A stretch of DNA of 56,778 nucleotides from a virus (Duplodnaviria > Heunggongvirae > Uroviricota > Caudoviricetes): IMG/VR virus record IMGVR_UViG_3300021431_003088; one strand, written 5' to 3'. The first letter of the stretch is position 1. The number at the start of each line of letters is the position of its first letter. The notes beneath the pieces are model-generated. The model ran no database searches, was not told where the DNA came from, and saw only the letters and a program-made list of their open reading frames with translations. Both the position numbers and the translations under genes were made by a program. Shown here one piece after another: positions 9,791 to 19,775 of the stretch.

Positions 9791-9872
9791 TTTTCTCCTA
9801 AATAACCTTAATGATTAATGTTTTGTAGGGTGGAATACCGTGCTTTGGTTTTTGTATTTCCCCTATATTACT

Positions 9873-9897
9873 TATATAAGTGTAGTGCGAAGTTTGG
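9873..9897 (-). promoter_or_regulatory. Full conserved promoter motif (mrr-prgI-virB4 operon)
   Basis: CCAAACTTCGCACTACACTTATATA on the minus strand. Confidence 0.75.
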
Positions 9898-9932
9898 ATT
9901 CTAATTGCTTTTTCAGACTTTTTTGCAGATGA

Positions 9933-9947
9933 AACTTATATATAAAA
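9933..9947 (+). promoter_or_regulatory. Core-only motif upstream of divergent small ORF
   Basis: AACTTATATATAAAA on the plus strand. Confidence 0.5.
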
Positions 9948-9991
9948 GAGTACATAAATGATCCATTCAGAAATAGAAAAGAGGTGATTTT

Positions 9992-10219
9992 ATGAAGATG
10001 GATAATTATATCGCAAGAGGCTTTGATGCAGATATGCTGCAGATTAAGGCTTACCTCGTACAGAGGGAACAAGGTATTATTTCTCAGCATTTCGAGGAAT
10101 ATATTCTGAAGATTTTTACGATTTTTAAGAATGCGAATATTCTTGAAGGCAGAGATGATGCCGAAAAGATGGAGGATATGATGAATTATATCCGAAATCT
10201 AGAAAGACCAGCCCTTTAA
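9992..10219 (+). CDS. Small hypothetical protein
   Basis: RBS GAGGTG; core motif upstream; terminator at 10264-10307 downstream. Confidence 0.65.
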   Translation: MKMDNYIARGFDADMLQIKAYLVQREQGIISQHFEEYILKIFTIFKNANILEGRDDAEKMEDMMNYIRNLERPAL

Positions 10220-10228
10220 TAGGACAAT

Positions 10229-10340
10229 GTCATTAAGTTAAGCACTTGACAGACATCAAAATAAGACAGTCCCAGATTTTACTCAATAAAAGGGGCTGTC
10301 TTTTTTTATACAAAAATAGCGCCACAATATGTGACGCTAC
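10229..10340. repeat. Dispersed ~110-bp module, copy A (conserved leader plus two opposed terminators)
   Basis: GTCATTAAGTTAAGCACTTGACAGACATCAAAATAAGACAGTCCC...GGGGCTGTCTTTTTTT...AAAATAGCGCCAC..GTGACGCTA; similar copy at 18481-18590. Confidence 0.75.
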
Positions 10341-10419
10341 TTTGTTTTTTTTAATTATTATAATTCTAGAACTTTATCAAATTTGCCTAAAGAGAGGAGA
10401 CAGTATATACATACTCTCT

Positions 10420-10653
10420 CTAATGTATTATCCTATCCTCTTGTATCTGAGCATCGTTAAGTGCCTTGTCATATTCATCAAGGGTATAACATCCAAACCC
10501 ATCATAACACTTAAAAACCTCACCATTATCATCTCTTTTTGCGAAAATGGTAGGTGGATAACCTAATATTGTTTCTTGAATTGTACATTTAACAGGTTTC
10601 TTTGAATTTCTATCAGCGTAATAGAACTCTGTACCTCTTTTTATGGAAATCAT
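10420..10653 (-). CDS. Small hypothetical protein
   Basis: RBS GGAGG; 77 aa. Confidence 0.6.
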   Translation of the reverse strand: MISIKRGTEFYYADRNSKKPVKCTIQETILGYPPTIFAKRDDNGEVFKCYDGFGCYTLDEYDKALNDAQIQEDRIIH

Positions 10654-10733
10654 TGTTCAGCCCTCCTAAAAAAATATTTATTGAAAAAACATTAGTTATT
10701 TTGAACCATTACCAATACATGGCTATATATGAA

Positions 10734-11294
10734 TTATACTATATTTTCTATTAATAATATTGCTGTTAAGGCAAAGGATAAATCAAGCATTTCATATATA
10801 TCCTCTTTTGATTGTGTTTTTTCTAATAGAAGTTTATTTATCTCAATGAAGAAATCTATTTTTTCCTCAAAGGTTATTTCATTATTCGCTCTTATTTCAA
10901 AGCCTTTATCTTTCCAATACCACTTGTAGTCTGTCGGTAGATAGCCGTATTCTTTTGTTAATTCATTTAGTACCTGTGTTGCTATCTTTGAACAAATGTC
11001 TAGCGTCAAGTCTTTTTTTCTATAAATAAAGCCACTTTTTCCTTTAAAAGATGGAACTTCTAGAATTATTGGATTTTGTCTTTTGTAATCTTCTAGTATT
11101 TTTCCTATATAAATGAGCTTGTATTCTATATTCTTGTCAAGGTCCGATGAGGTATTATATTTTCCCTTTATATAATTATCTATTATTTCGTCGGTTGCAG
11201 CTATTCTCTCTTTTTGCGTATCCGTAACTATATTATCTATATCCTTTATTATGTTTTTTAGTTCTATATCTTTTTTCGTCAGTATCTCTGCCAT
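10734..11294 (-). CDS. Hypothetical protein
   Basis: RBS AAGGAGAG before ATG 11294; AT-rich. Confidence 0.65.
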   Translation of the reverse strand: MAEILTKKDIELKNIIKDIDNIVTDTQKERIAATDEIIDNYIKGKYNTSSDLDKNIEYKLIYIGKILEDYKRQNPIILEVPSFKGKSGFIYRKKDLTLDICSKIATQVLNELTKEYGYLPTDYKWYWKDKGFEIRANNEITFEEKIDFFIEINKLLLEKTQSKEDIYEMLDLSFALTAILLIENIV

Positions 11295-11388
11295 AAAATT
11301 CTCTCCTTTTATATATATTATAGCGTGTCGTACTAAAAAATACATACAAAAGCACAAAAAAACCCCGCATAATGCGAGGTTTTATTGT

Positions 11389-12348
11389 TTAGGCTGCGAA
11401 AGCCTTCTTTTCAAAACTTAGTCGTGTTTCCAAGTCTAAGTCGTGTGCAATATCTGTAATGGCATTGCACAAGTCCCAAGCAGTCTTTCCACCATAAATG
11501 GTGGTGTATGCTTCGTAGACTTTTTGGGCTACCTTCTTTGAAGTGTTTAGATAAGACTTAATCTTATCTTTCGCATCTTCTTCTTCCATTTCGTAAATCA
11601 TGGAGTGGGTAGCCTGCATTCTCTCTACTTGGTCGAGAAGCATCTTCTCGTAGAGAGGTATTTCTTCTAGGGCTTCTAGAGTGAGCTTTGTGAAGTCCTT
11701 CTCACCCGTGTGAGTCTCTCTCAGAACTTCAAACTCCTTTAGGCCCGAAATCATTCCATTAGTACAAGCCCATCTAAACAGACCAAATCTTATGCGGAAT
11801 GATGAATATCCAATCATTGAGTTATCAATGAATACACACATTGATAGTGGTGAGTCATCACCATCTACATACAGCTTGTTTTTACTTACAAACCTTATAT
11901 GTGTGTGGCGTGGGTTGATTGAGTACCAAAACTCTTCACAACCGTTCATCAGATAATCTGACCTCTCAATGATAGGTAAAATCTCGTCATCATCGAAGAA
12001 TGCATATTTCTCCGAAAGCATGGCGTAGATTTTATTGTTGAACCTTCTTTCAAAAAGGGCAACATTATCTTCCTTCTTGAAATAATCGTTATACTTTAGT
12101 CTAACGATTCGGTTCGCCAACGCCTTGTGCTCATCATCTCCTCTTTCGAGGTTCTGCACGAACTGTGCCGGGAATTGTAGCTTTGATGCTACTTGGCTTA
12201 ATCCCTCCTCTGAAAAATCAGATAATTTTAGGGGATTAAACATTCCGTAGGTGTTCTTATATATCCTACGGTCTTTTCTGGTCGAAATAAGATTTCTGAT
12301 TGTGTTTCTTACTTCCTTGAAACTTTTTGTTTTTGTTAACATAGGCAC
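11389..12348 (-). CDS. DUF932-domain protein (phage/plasmid-associated)
   Basis: 'YAMLSEKY...VFIDNSMIGYSSFRIRFGLFRWACTNGMI...TAWDLCNAIT' is typical of DUF932. Confidence 0.8.
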   Translation of the reverse strand: MPMLTKTKSFKEVRNTIRNLISTRKDRRIYKNTYGMFNPLKLSDFSEEGLSQVASKLQFPAQFVQNLERGDDEHKALANRIVRLKYNDYFKKEDNVALFERRFNNKIYAMLSEKYAFFDDDEILPIIERSDYLMNGCEEFWYSINPRHTHIRFVSKNKLYVDGDDSPLSMCVFIDNSMIGYSSFRIRFGLFRWACTNGMISGLKEFEVLRETHTGEKDFTKLTLEALEEIPLYEKMLLDQVERMQATHSMIYEMEEEDAKDKIKSYLNTSKKVAQKVYEAYTTIYGGKTAWDLCNAITDIAHDLDLETRLSFEKKAFAA

Positions 12349-12522
12349 CTTCCTTTCTCCTTGGAATACTCAGTATTCTCGTCTACACTACTTATTTATA
12401 TAAGTGGAAGTTACTTCTATGTACAAAAAAAGGACTAGGCTTTTACCTAGTCCAGCAATACGGAATATTGTGTTGACTTGTGTTTCAACACATACATATA
12501 GTATCATCGAAACATACGTTTG

Positions 12523-13749
12523 TCAAGAGGTTTTTTCTCTCTTTTTCTTCTCTTCCTTATTTTCTTCCTTTTCGTTCTCTTCCTCGTCTTCCTTATTCTT
12601 CTTTCTTATCTTGAAGTACAAGAAGCCACCTATCACCGCTATTGTTCCTAGTCCTATAAATATCAGATAGTCATAGTTCTTTGGTGTTTCTAGTTCTGTT
12701 ACCTCTGTATCCCACTCGTAGCCATATCTTAACACTCCGTCTTTACCCGAAGGCAATTTTGTATAGTTCTGCCAGCCTGCCTCTGGGCTTGGAATATCAT
12801 TTATATATACCTCGACATCATCTAATGCTCTTTCTCCATTCGCTAATATTACTACTTTATTATTAGGGAATAGAGTATATTCATCCATTGATGCAGCAGA
12901 GATTAAGAGATAATCATTATCTTTTATATACTGCTTTTGCTCACTCGTTAATTCATCCTCGTTATGAAATGCAAAAACTCTTTGTGGCTCGTTTCCTAAT
13001 TTTTGCGGATCATTCTGCCTTGTTGTATAAAAGTAATAAGGACTTACATACACATTTAATGGTTTTTTATCCCTATCATACGCATATACATTTGATATTC
13101 TACTTCTACCAGCTAACAGCTCGTTTATTACCTCACCATCTTTTGCAGAGGTATGTGTTACCATTGTTGTATAGTGGTCTTTATTCTTACCGCTTACTGC
13201 ATCACTTATTGTGTAGTAAGAAAGGCCTATGTATCCGTCAAAATCGCCATCATTTATTAGTGTTTTATTCGCTTGGGCTTGTGGTGTTGTTATTTCTTCA
13301 TACAGACTTATCTTTGCAGGTGTTTCCAACCCGGCATCACCAACCGTTACTACCTCTGGCTCCATTTTACTTGCGTAATTCTGAGGAACCATATTTCCTG
13401 ATTGGTTTAATCTTAGGTTATAAAATTTGTATCTGCCCTTTGGCATGAAGACCGTTAGTGTCTTTTTCCCATACAGATTACCTACTGTTTGCGTAAATGT
13501 TTGGCTCGTGTCTTCATTTATGAAAGTAATGTTTCCGCTATTATATGCAGAATACTCCTCTGCTATATCAAAGTCGAAGTTGGCCGCTACTACATTACTC
13601 TCTGCTGTACTTTCATCTGACTCTATTGCTGCATAGTCCATTTCGGGCTGTACATTTGCAAACGCAGCTGGTGTTGCATACGATATACTTCCTAGTGCTA
13701 GTGTTAGGGTTGTTACCCCTAACACTACCTTGCTTAGTCCCTTTTTCAT
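12523..13749 (-). CDS. Secreted surface protein with C-terminal membrane anchor
   Basis: N-terminal signal peptide; C-terminal TM helix 'YLIFIGLGTIAVIGGFLYF' plus a charged tail. Confidence 0.8.
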   Translation of the reverse strand: MKKGLSKVVLGVTTLTLALGSISYATPAAFANVQPEMDYAAIESDESTAESNVVAANFDFDIAEEYSAYNSGNITFINEDTSQTFTQTVGNLYGKKTLTVFMPKGRYKFYNLRLNQSGNMVPQNYASKMEPEVVTVGDAGLETPAKISLYEEITTPQAQANKTLINDGDFDGYIGLSYYTISDAVSGKNKDHYTTMVTHTSAKDGEVINELLAGRSRISNVYAYDRDKKPLNVYVSPYYFYTTRQNDPQKLGNEPQRVFAFHNEDELTSEQKQYIKDNDYLLISAASMDEYTLFPNNKVVILANGERALDDVEVYINDIPSPEAGWQNYTKLPSGKDGVLRYGYEWDTEVTELETPKNYDYLIFIGLGTIAVIGGFLYFKIRKKNKEDEEENEKEENKEEKKKREKTS

Positions 13750-13814
13750 TCCCTTTTTTCTCCTTTTTTGTCGCTATATATACATTATAGTCAACTTTTA
13801 TTAAAAACACATAT

Positions 13815-16301
13815 TTATATGAGCAATCTTCCTACTGCCATTACATATCTTCCGCTACCGCTAGGATTACTTGATTGCGGTGCGTTCTTCTTTATTACTC
13901 CCGTCTCGGGGCTTGACGCACCTACTATACAGAAGTCGCCTTGCTGTCCTACATACATATCTACGTGAGTACAACTGCTTGCGCTACTATCTACGCCTGC
14001 TGATGAATAACCGTACATATATACATCACCCACTTCTGGTATGTAGTTTTCATCGTATGGTATTAGTACACCATTGGCTTTGAAGTAATCCCAGAGTCCA
14101 TATGTTGTTAAAGCACTACCACCATTTACTAGTCCTGTTACTCCTGCCTCTGCGTAGGCTCTACACACTAACGAACTACAATCATACACGCCCTCGCCCA
14201 TACGATTTCCTTGGTCATATCTATCGCCTACATGGCTTATACAGTATTGTGCAGCCACTTGTTTTGCGTTTGAGGCTAACTGTACTTGACCATTTGGCAC
14301 ATCCTTATATTGCGCATAAATTGCATCAAATTCTTGCGCAGAAGCTATTCTCTCTTCTGTCTTAAAGTTCTGATTACCTATACCGTTTTGCTCACCGACA
14401 AACGAGAATGAGTGTGTAGTTATTTGTCTACCCCTCTCGGTGTATGCCCTCATCGTCTTTTCAATAGGTACGCTTGGTGCTGCATAATACTTACACATCA
14501 TATATACTGCAGTATCGTCTGCTGATTTATACGTATTACAAGCATCAACATCTTTACTATGTCCTGTGTTTAGGTCTAGTACCATATAGTCTGTTTGGGC
14601 TTCTACACTATTCGGGTCCTTACCATTTTGTTCTGCTAGGTTTCTCATATCACCTAGTCTTGTAGAGCCAGCTCCATTCGTCCATTGGCAAAGTCCGTAT
14701 GCTCCGTTTACAGGTTCTCCATCTGTTGGATTCCATCCACTTTCATTGCCTATATTTCCCATAAATCCACAAGCTGTGTAGTGGTCGCAGCCTGTTTCGT
14801 TTCTTAGTCTTGCATATACATAGTCTTGAACACTTGAACCTAGCATTGTATTACTTGTTGCTGTAGGGTGTTTTATATTTACAAATTCTGCATAACCTTT
14901 AGAATATCCATTTCCTTTATACCAATCGTCAAAGGCTTCTAAATCAAAGTTGGAGTCTAGACTATTAGCTACATCTCCTACATTATCCTTCCCTCGATAA
15001 CTTACTAAATTCACCACTTGACCTATTAGGTTTTTAACTGAGTCCGCTAATCCTGTGCCACCTAATCCATTACCTATATTTACTGTTCTTAACTTATCAT
15101 CTACTAACTCCCATTTACCTTTTCCTTTTCCATTTTCGTCTTTTTCCTTTTGGAAGTCATTATCGTTCAAATGCTTTAACATTGATACTGCTAAATTTAG
15201 GGTTTGCTCATTGTCTACTGTCTTATACTCTACTTCTTTAGCTGCATTATTCTCATAATTAAAGAACACAAACGGTATTTTGAAATCTTCTATCGTTACT
15301 TCTACATCGTAATATTTTTTACCCGTTATATTTGTTAACCATTCATTTTTTTGCACTATCTTTTCTGTGCTAGTAAATGCACCTTTTCCGAATACTTTTT
15401 CAGTATTTAGGTCTGTTATTCCATTTGCTAGTTTTTTACAGATATTGAACTCGTTTGGTTTTTCTCCACCCTTATAGTTCTCTATCTCTTGTAATTCCTG
15501 CACACTTAGTTTTGCTTGGCACATCTCTGTTAAGGCTTTTGCATATGCTTTGTTAGTCCAAAAAGCATCAGTATATGTACTTCGGGCTTTACCTTGATAT
15601 GTCCTCATATCCTTTATGTCCCAGCTCTCTTGTACTTTACTTCCGTAAACTTCGTCTGAACCGTTTTTATATACTATATTGTATTCTTCTTTATCAGTAT
15701 TCTTATGCTTTGTTTCTATGTAGCTCTTATATTCGTTGAGTAATTTCTCTATACCATCTACGCTCTCCCATTCTATGTTCTTTACAGCTTGACCTACATA
15801 TACGCTTCCAGAATCTCCCCCTGCTAATCCTACTGTCATTGCGTTTTGGTATGTAGTGGCTTCATTTACAGCCCTTGCTTCATTATCATCAAGTCCCATT
15901 TTTAGATGTCCTTGTCCTGATACTGCACCGTAAAACTGCATACTTATTGCTTGATAAATTTGGTATCTTGGATCATCTGGATTTGGTACTGTATTCCCAA
16001 AGTAGTTCTTTACCTGCTCTTCTGTTAGTTCATTTACTACTTTTTGTGAGAATACTGCATCATATGTTCCCGCTGTCGCAAAACCTAGCATATTGAATAT
16101 TAACGATATTAAGTTTGTGATTATTGATACTAATAGCAACAATACTAAAAAGATTGCTAATAAAGTCTTTAGCAAGGTGTGTTTATTTTCCTTTTTTTTG
16201 CCCAGGGCGGCATCCTTTGCCTTGCCCGCTACCTTCATTGCTAATCTCTTTGCAATTTTCTTTCCTATCTTCTTTAATGCCGCTACTGCCGCTTCTCCCA
16301 T
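13815..16301 (-). CDS. VirB1-like conjugative peptidoglycan hydrolase (phage-tail-lysozyme plus NlpC/P60)
   Basis: N-terminal TM; 'GFMGNIGNESG...GAYGLCQWT' lysozyme motif; 'YDCSSLV...HVDMY' NlpC/P60 Cys-His. Confidence 0.9.
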   Translation of the reverse strand: MGEAAVAALKKIGKKIAKRLAMKVAGKAKDAALGKKKENKHTLLKTLLAIFLVLLLLVSIITNLISLIFNMLGFATAGTYDAVFSQKVVNELTEEQVKNYFGNTVPNPDDPRYQIYQAISMQFYGAVSGQGHLKMGLDDNEARAVNEATTYQNAMTVGLAGGDSGSVYVGQAVKNIEWESVDGIEKLLNEYKSYIETKHKNTDKEEYNIVYKNGSDEVYGSKVQESWDIKDMRTYQGKARSTYTDAFWTNKAYAKALTEMCQAKLSVQELQEIENYKGGEKPNEFNICKKLANGITDLNTEKVFGKGAFTSTEKIVQKNEWLTNITGKKYYDVEVTIEDFKIPFVFFNYENNAAKEVEYKTVDNEQTLNLAVSMLKHLNDNDFQKEKDENGKGKGKWELVDDKLRTVNIGNGLGGTGLADSVKNLIGQVVNLVSYRGKDNVGDVANSLDSNFDLEAFDDWYKGNGYSKGYAEFVNIKHPTATSNTMLGSSVQDYVYARLRNETGCDHYTACGFMGNIGNESGWNPTDGEPVNGAYGLCQWTNGAGSTRLGDMRNLAEQNGKDPNSVEAQTDYMVLDLNTGHSKDVDACNTYKSADDTAVYMMCKYYAAPSVPIEKTMRAYTERGRQITTHSFSFVGEQNGIGNQNFKTEERIASAQEFDAIYAQYKDVPNGQVQLASNAKQVAAQYCISHVGDRYDQGNRMGEGVYDCSSLVCRAYAEAGVTGLVNGGSALTTYGLWDYFKANGVLIPYDENYIPEVGDVYMYGYSSAGVDSSASSCTHVDMYVGQQGDFCIVGASSPETGVIKKNAPQSSNPSGSGRYVMAVGRLLI

Positions 16302-16303
16302 AG

Positions 16304-17971
16304 CTAACTAGTTGCCTTTCCGCTTTCCGCTATTACTGCTTCATTCATTATTCTCTTTCTGAAATACTGCTGACCACCATTAGGACTTGGCATCGCTACT
16401 ACATCGCTGTATGGTATGCTTGCCTTCTCTCCAAAAATATCCTTACTTGACGCACGCTCTAACAATACGTGCTGTCCGCTGTCTAAGGTTGCGTGCATAC
16501 AATCGTTCTGCACAAAGTCGATTGATTGGAAGCCCGAGAAGCCCGTTCCTAGACTTTTAGTTAAACCTGTAGTCTCGGCTATTTGCGCCATTTCGTTTGC
16601 ATCTAGTTTTGCATCGTTCTTTGCGCTTATGCCTGCACTTTCTCTCATCTTATCCGCTTCAGTTATACCTTTTGAGCCCTGTATTGTTGCAGCACCTGTT
16701 TGTGAATCAAATTTTACTGGAATCATTTTTCCGTTATTATTTAATCTTCCTAGTTGTTCCTTCTGTCCGTTGTTTGCCGCCTTATTCATTTTGTCTAAGA
16801 ATGCTTTATTATCTCTAGCGTCTACTTCTTGACCATTAAAGGCGTTCTGTGCGTAATCATTTGCTGCTCCTTGCGACAACTGTATCTTTCCTGCCATAGC
16901 TTCTGATAATCTGTCCGCTGCGGCTTGTGGTGATACTGCTTGTCTTTGTTCACTTATCTTTGTGCTATCTCTTGTTTCTAGTTTTGACAACGGATTATTT
17001 CCTACGCTTGGTCCGCTTGATAATTTGCCCGTTACTGCATCACCTGTCTTCTTACCTAACGCTCCAAATGTTGCACCCGACAATCCTTTTATCGCCGCAC
17101 CACCTGTTAAGCCCCACGCTGTTGAGGCTACTGCTCCTAATGTTGCAAGTGGATTATCATGATACATATCTGCGTTTGTTAAGCCTAAGCTGTTTAGCCA
17201 TCTCTCGATTTCCATAAATAGCTCACCTATTGCCTTTGTAAAGACAGTACCTAGTATCATCCATCCTAATGCACCGTAAAGCGATAATGTTTTACACATT
17301 GATATTGAGTACAGGAACAAGAATATCAAACTTACTGCTAGTGATAAGAATGCCGATAAAAATGTCCTTACATACGATTTTGTTATATCCCTTGTACCTT
17401 CTACTGGGAACGCAGAAAAAGCCGCAGGGAATAGTATAATATTCAAGCACAATTCTAGGTATCGCTTACAATAAAGTACGAGTAGTTTTAAGTATTGTAT
17501 TATCAATACACAGAATATGATGCAGTAGACTAGGTTATCTATTCCGTTTCCTACTGTTTGCCAAGCACTTGCTCCCTCAAAATTAATAAAGTCACTATTA
17601 AAGGCATCGTCTATCTGGTTAATTATATCTGTGAAGAACTTCCCTACGTACCCCGCTATCTCATAAATGTATTCTATAAAGAACATTGATACGCCTGTAA
17701 GTAATATCATCTTTAATGGGTTCTCTGCTCTTGATGAGTTAGTGAACATTGTCTTATACAAATGATAAATTACATTAAATATTAGCAATGCATAAGCTAC
17801 TAGTTTCACAATATTGGCTGTTGTGAATACAACATTTAATCCAAAGAAATCCGCAAACCAATCGAGAGATGCACCTAGTGATCTAGGGAAGGTTCTGAAA
17901 CCTATCAGTTTTAGCATTTCCCAGCACTGTTGCGCCATGCTCTTTTCAAGCTCGTTCATTATATAATTCAT
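16304..17971 (-). CDS. VirB6-like polytopic membrane protein
   Basis: Start moved to ATG 17971 (RBS GGAG); about 7 TM segments, then a low-complexity cytoplasmic tail; between the pilin-like and VirB1-like genes. Confidence 0.8.
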   Translation of the reverse strand: MNYIMNELEKSMAQQCWEMLKLIGFRTFPRSLGASLDWFADFFGLNVVFTTANIVKLVAYALLIFNVIYHLYKTMFTNSSRAENPLKMILLTGVSMFFIEYIYEIAGYVGKFFTDIINQIDDAFNSDFINFEGASAWQTVGNGIDNLVYCIIFCVLIIQYLKLLVLYCKRYLELCLNIILFPAAFSAFPVEGTRDITKSYVRTFLSAFLSLAVSLIFLFLYSISMCKTLSLYGALGWMILGTVFTKAIGELFMEIERWLNSLGLTNADMYHDNPLATLGAVASTAWGLTGGAAIKGLSGATFGALGKKTGDAVTGKLSSGPSVGNNPLSKLETRDSTKISEQRQAVSPQAAADRLSEAMAGKIQLSQGAANDYAQNAFNGQEVDARDNKAFLDKMNKAANNGQKEQLGRLNNNGKMIPVKFDSQTGAATIQGSKGITEADKMRESAGISAKNDAKLDANEMAQIAETTGLTKSLGTGFSGFQSIDFVQNDCMHATLDSGQHVLLERASSKDIFGEKASIPYSDVVAMPSPNGGQQYFRKRIMNEAVIAESGKATS

Positions 17972-18009
17972 ATTTTTCTCCTTCTGTTCTCTTATTTGTC
18001 CTTTATTTA

Positions 18010-18034
18010 TATATAAGTGGAGTGCGAAGTTTGG
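18010..18034 (-). promoter_or_regulatory. Full conserved promoter motif (virB6-virB1)
   Basis: CCAAACTTCGCACTCCACTTATATA. Confidence 0.75.
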
Positions 18035-18089
18035 TATAAAAAAAGGCACTATGCGAATGCACAGTGCCTTTTTAAAATCACCTCTTTTC

Positions 18090-18350
18090 TTACAATGAGG
18101 CATCGGTACTTAAGCCGAGTCCTGTATCACTTGATGTGAAGAAGCTAATGATTGTTGACATCGCTAAAATACCTACTGCCGCTATCGCTATTCTCTTTAA
18201 CCACGCTACACTAGAATCTACTGTCTTTTGATTCTTCGAAAAGATAATTAGAAAAAGACAAATAGCCATACATGTTCCTGCGGTTACAAGTGTTATACTT
18301 GCGATTCCCTTGTAGATACTGTTCATCATGCTACTAGCTTTTGCAAACAT
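18090..18350 (-). CDS. TrbC/VirB2-like pilin
   Basis: 86 aa from ATG 18350; two hydrophobic helices separated by 'KNQKTVDSSVAWLKR'; own promoter and terminator. Confidence 0.7.
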   Translation of the reverse strand: MFAKASSMMNSIYKGIASITLVTAGTCMAICLFLIIFSKNQKTVDSSVAWLKRIAIAAVGILAMSTIISFFTSSDTGLGLSTDASL

Positions 18351-18415
18351 ATAACATCTCTCCTTTCGTAATATTTTCTCCTTATTCACACAAAAGTTAT
18401 AAACCTTTTCATTTA

Positions 18416-18440
18416 TATATAAGTGTAGTTCGAAGTTTGG
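18416..18440 (-). promoter_or_regulatory. Full conserved promoter motif (virB2-like)
   Basis: CCAAACTTCGAACTACACTTATATA (one mismatch). Confidence 0.75.
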
Positions 18441-18480
18441 TAGAAAAAAGTGCAAAAAAAATAGCGCCACATAATGCAAG

Positions 18481-18590
18481 GTCATTAAATTAAGCACTTG
18501 ACAAACATTAAAATGAGACAGTCCTGATTTCGGTAGAAATAAGAGACTATCTTTTTAGGTATAAAAATAGCGTCGCAGAGCGACGCTAAG
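18481..18590. repeat. Dispersed ~110-bp module, copy B
   Basis: GTCATTAAATTAAGCACTTGACAAACATTAAAATGAGACAGTCC...GACTATCTTTTT...AAAATAGCGTCGC..GCGACGCTA. Confidence 0.75.
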
Positions 18591-18597
18591 GTTAAAT

Positions 18598-18807
18598 TTA
18601 ATTTTTCGCTGCTACAAAAAGTATTTCATCCACAGCATCTTCAGCGCTATAATGAAATTGTTCCTCTGGATATTCATTTAACGCATTAAGAAACCCCGTC
18701 TTTGCGATAACTTTCGGAATTTCATCTGGTGTATAGCCTCGACGCTTCATTTCAGAATATACTTCTTCAAGATATTCTTGTTTGTTTTTTTCAATATCAA
18801 TCGTCAT
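18598..18807 (-). CDS. Small hypothetical protein
   Basis: RBS AGGAGGTG; 69 aa. Confidence 0.7.
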   Translation of the reverse strand: MTIDIEKNKQEYLEEVYSEMKRRGYTPDEIPKVIAKTGFLNALNEYPEEQFHYSAEDAVDEILFVAAKN

Positions 18808-18898
18808 CTTTACACCTCCTTATTTTTGTGTCTATTCATAGGCATATTTTAAATTAGAAAAAAATAACTTCCCGATAATAGGGAAGTTATTAAAATTT

Positions 18899-19069
18899 TT
18901 ACTTTGCAGGCACAACAAAGCCTCTTTGTGTCATTTTTTCAATAAACTGTTCAACAGTTATTTTGAGCTTTTCTGCTCCACGCTCGGCATTGTAGTCACC
19001 TTCCGCAACAGAAGAGAAAATTTCGTTTTCTCGTGCTTCTTTTCTTTCTTTTTCAATCACATCACACAT
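18899..19069 (-). CDS. Predicted intragenic Rpn-S antitoxin (56 aa, internal start)
   Basis: GGAAGGAGGGG RBS inside the rpn frame just before ATG TGT GAT (MCDVIE...), as described for Rpn toxin/intragenic antitoxin pairs. Confidence 0.6.
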   Translation of the reverse strand: MCDVIEKERKEARENEIFSSVAEGDYNAERGAEKLKITVEQFIEKMTQRGFVVPAK

Positions 19070-19671
19070 AGTTAAAACCCCTCCTTCCGTTGTTTTGAGT
19101 CTCTTAACTTCATTTGTAAGAGCAGGAAATTTGTCGTTATTGATTTCTTTCTTTGTAAAGCATGACATAAGTTCTGCAATATCGCTATTATCATTAATAA
19201 CGGTGTTTACAAAGATTTCGTGAAGTCCGTCATCAACGACTCCTCCTGTTTCTCTTAAAACCTTATCTATGTGATAAATAGTCTTTCCACCTTTGAGAAA
19301 ATCAAATTCTGAAATATAGATTATGTATAATTCCAATATGTTTTCAAATCTTTCGCCTGTATTTGATTCTCTTGCGGTAATAACAGATGCGTTATATCTT
19401 GCTCTTTTTAAGTGGTCGTCGTTATCGGAGCGTTGAACTTCTATATTGCATTGTGTTCCGTCACCCAAGATACATAAAGCATCGAGCCTTACAGAGCGTC
19501 CGTAGATGTTCTTTTCGCTTTTTTGAGTAATTACTTCTTTAACAATAAGTTTTTTATCTTCAAGTATTGTACGAAGTATTTCCTCGCAAACTTCCTTGTT
19601 TTCGGCAAGAACCTCAAAGAACGCATCGTCAATAGGTCGAAAATCTTTAATTCTTTCAACCTTTTCTTCAA
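18899..19671 (-). pseudogene. Rpn-family (PD-(D/E)XK nuclease family transposase-like) gene, 3' part, interrupted by IS
   Basis: Frame stays open upstream of the ORF-track start: EEKVERIKDFRPIDDAFFEVL...VRLDALC...NIEVQ...RARYN. The missing 16-nt 5' end is at 21026-21041, and joining gives 789 nt in frame (MKELTFEEK..., 262 aa). Confidence 0.9.
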
Positions 19672-19775
19672 GAAAAATCAGACAGGATTCTCGGTTATTT
19701 ATATCCGAGAGGAATGTCTTTGGTTGTTATTTCACTTGTTTTGTGCTATAATAAACTTAGTGAAAGGTATTTATT

